DNA of 64,000 bases, taken from the NCBI GenBank assembly GCA_012295275.1, contig CM022675.1, positions 7,502,001-7,566,000 on the forward strand. Direction: 5' to 3'. Below are positions 1 to 64,000 of the stretch, in pieces. Within the stretch, counting starts at the first letter, position 1, and every line of letters begins with the position of its first letter. The position numbers and the translations under genes are program-made. The notes beneath the pieces were generated by a model. That model saw only the letters and a program-made list of their open reading frames with translations, was not told the DNA's origin and made no database searches. This DNA comes from Chrysomallon squamiferum. Taxonomy: Eukaryota; Animalia; Mollusca.

Positions 1-24
1 ATATGTTATTAGTACTTGTGTTTC

Positions 25-335
25 AACAACAACAACTACAACTACTACTACTACTACTACTACTACTACCACTACTACTACTACTACTACTACAACTGAT
101 GTTGCTGCTGCTACTGTTACTGTAACACCTACAACTACTTCGACTGTCAGTAAAAACATCAATACTACTACTGCTACTAGTACTACTACTACTACTACTA
201 CTACCACTACTACTACCACTACTCCTACTACAACATTTAATACTACTAATGCTATTATTATTATTATTATACTGCTATTCGTACTATTACTGCAAATACT
301 TTTATCAGTACAACTACAACTACTGTTACTACTGA

Positions 336-396
<61 letters not shown>

Positions 397-430
397 GCTA
401 CTACTATATTGTCATCATCATCATCATAAT
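25..430. repeat. Compound (ACT)n/(AAC)n/(ATT)n trinucleotide microsatellite
   Basis: Long runs of tactactac with interruptions. Confidence 0.95.
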
Positions 431-977
431 AACATCTTAAAATTCATCCATACGCACAATTTAACACAAATGATTAAATTTAAAATGACAAAAATTACAC
501 CTTGATGAAATATCCGTGTAAGATGATGGCAGTTTCGAGTGTTGTCATGGAAATCAATAAACACAGACACTGTGGAACGGAATTACCAGACTTTATGGAG
601 AGCTGGGAACTTGATTCCAAGTCTCCTGACATTTTCTCACTGGGTCAGTGTGTCCAGGTGTTACTAATCATTTTTATTAGTCTGTGCAATACACGTTTTT
701 GTTACATAATGTTGAAGTAATGTTATTGTAGATGGATTTTTGTTGTTGTTATGACTGTTTAAAAATAAAAGTAAATGAACAAAATGAATGAAACAGAGCA
801 ACCAAAAATAAATGATGTTTATTTATTATATTTTAATTATTACTTTAAAATTTGTAATTTTGTTTTTGCATAAAATTTAAGAATTAAAATATTCTTCAAA
901 GTTTTTAGTACATTTTTACGTACCTAAAATTTAAGAATTAATTAAAGTATTTATTTTATTTTATTTTATTTTTTCAG

Positions 978-62925
<61,948 letters not shown>

Positions 62926-64000
62926 GTGAGTAACTGGTAGAACATAGAACAGTATAGAACATTTTTTCTAAATAGAACAGTTTAAATACGGTTACATATA
63001 AAAATAATATATATATATGTTAGCATGTCTACTGCATGTTCATGTATGATGTTCATGCATGAATAAATAAAAATAGCATGTAGGTAGATACTTTGTAAAT
63101 ATAATAATAATGAAAATGATGATTATGATGATGATGATAATAATAATAATAAAAATAATAATAATAAACTGAAGTATTTCTGCAGCACAAGATATGCATG
63201 TTCCATAATAATGAGTTATTTTAGAGTTAATTTATATTCTATGAATTAAGCATTTATTTTTTAAAAATAATAATAATAATAATAACAATAATAATAATCT
63301 GAAATATTTTTGTAGTGAAATAATTTGCATGTATAATGAATAATTTATTTTTTATTATAATTTATATTGATAATAGCATGCATTAAGCATTTGTAATTTA
63401 AATAATAATAATCATAATCATAATAATAATAATAATAATAAAAGCATAAGAAAAAGTATAAAAAAAAAATAAAAAAATAAAAATAGAAATTATTGCCCTA
63501 ATGATGGCATGTTTAGTTTCTTGAATTAAAAATAAACATCAAAGTTATTTTATTTATTTATTAATTTATAAGCTTTTAGTATAGTAGTTGGTAGCGTAAA
63601 GCAGGTAAAATAAAAGTTTGACATGAAAAAAAAATAATAAAAATAACAATAGTAATAATGATAATAATAATTAGAAGAAAAAAACCAAACCAAAACAAAA
63701 CAAAATAAATAAATAAATAAATAAATAAATAAATGAACAAAACATAAACAAAATTCCATTAATAGTAAAAACCATACTGTGAACTGTACCAGTTTAATTT
63801 GAAATTTTTTCAAGGAGTATCATGATTTATTTCTCATTTTCTGTAATATTTATTTTTATATCAATTTATTTATTTATTTATTTATTTATTTATTCTGGAA
63901 AATAAAAATAAAAATGTTCTGTGTCCTTTGTGAAATAAACATGAAAGATCCCTGTTTGTTAAAAAGAAGAAGAAATAAAAATGAGTAATTAGTTGTTTTT

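Noticed and set aside
502-720. 72-aa plus-strand ORF in unique sequence
   Set aside because: No CLASP similarity, no convincing phase-compatible splice sites, and no recognisable domain on either strand.

Overview
This is AT-rich, microsatellite-dense animal genomic DNA. It is probably molluscan, judging only from remembered repeat motifs, and I have not verified that. The whole window lies inside one plus-strand multi-exon gene, the CLASP (CLIP-associating protein; CLASP1/2, Orbit/MAST) ortholog, with start and stop codons outside the window. I assembled 14 core GT-AG coding exons by hand with consistent splice phases. They cover the end of TOG1, the linker, all of TOG2 and the start of the S/R-rich region. 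Two further frame-preserving 39-nt exons are probably cassette exons. The main feature is a ~40 kb phase-1 intron (4807-44970) between TOG1 and the TOG1-TOG2 linker. It holds several ATG-initiated, phase-1-compatible candidate alternative first exons: an acidic one with an SKIP (SxIP, EB-binding type) motif, and an MG-starting amphipathic/basic one. This suggests a set of swappable N-termini for TOG1-less isoforms. There are also candidate microexons, splicing-factor motif clusters, a few hairpins and many mini/microsatellites. Almost all ORFs in the supplied track are repeat artefacts. I found no prokaryote-type systems, tRNA/rRNA genes or intact transposons.
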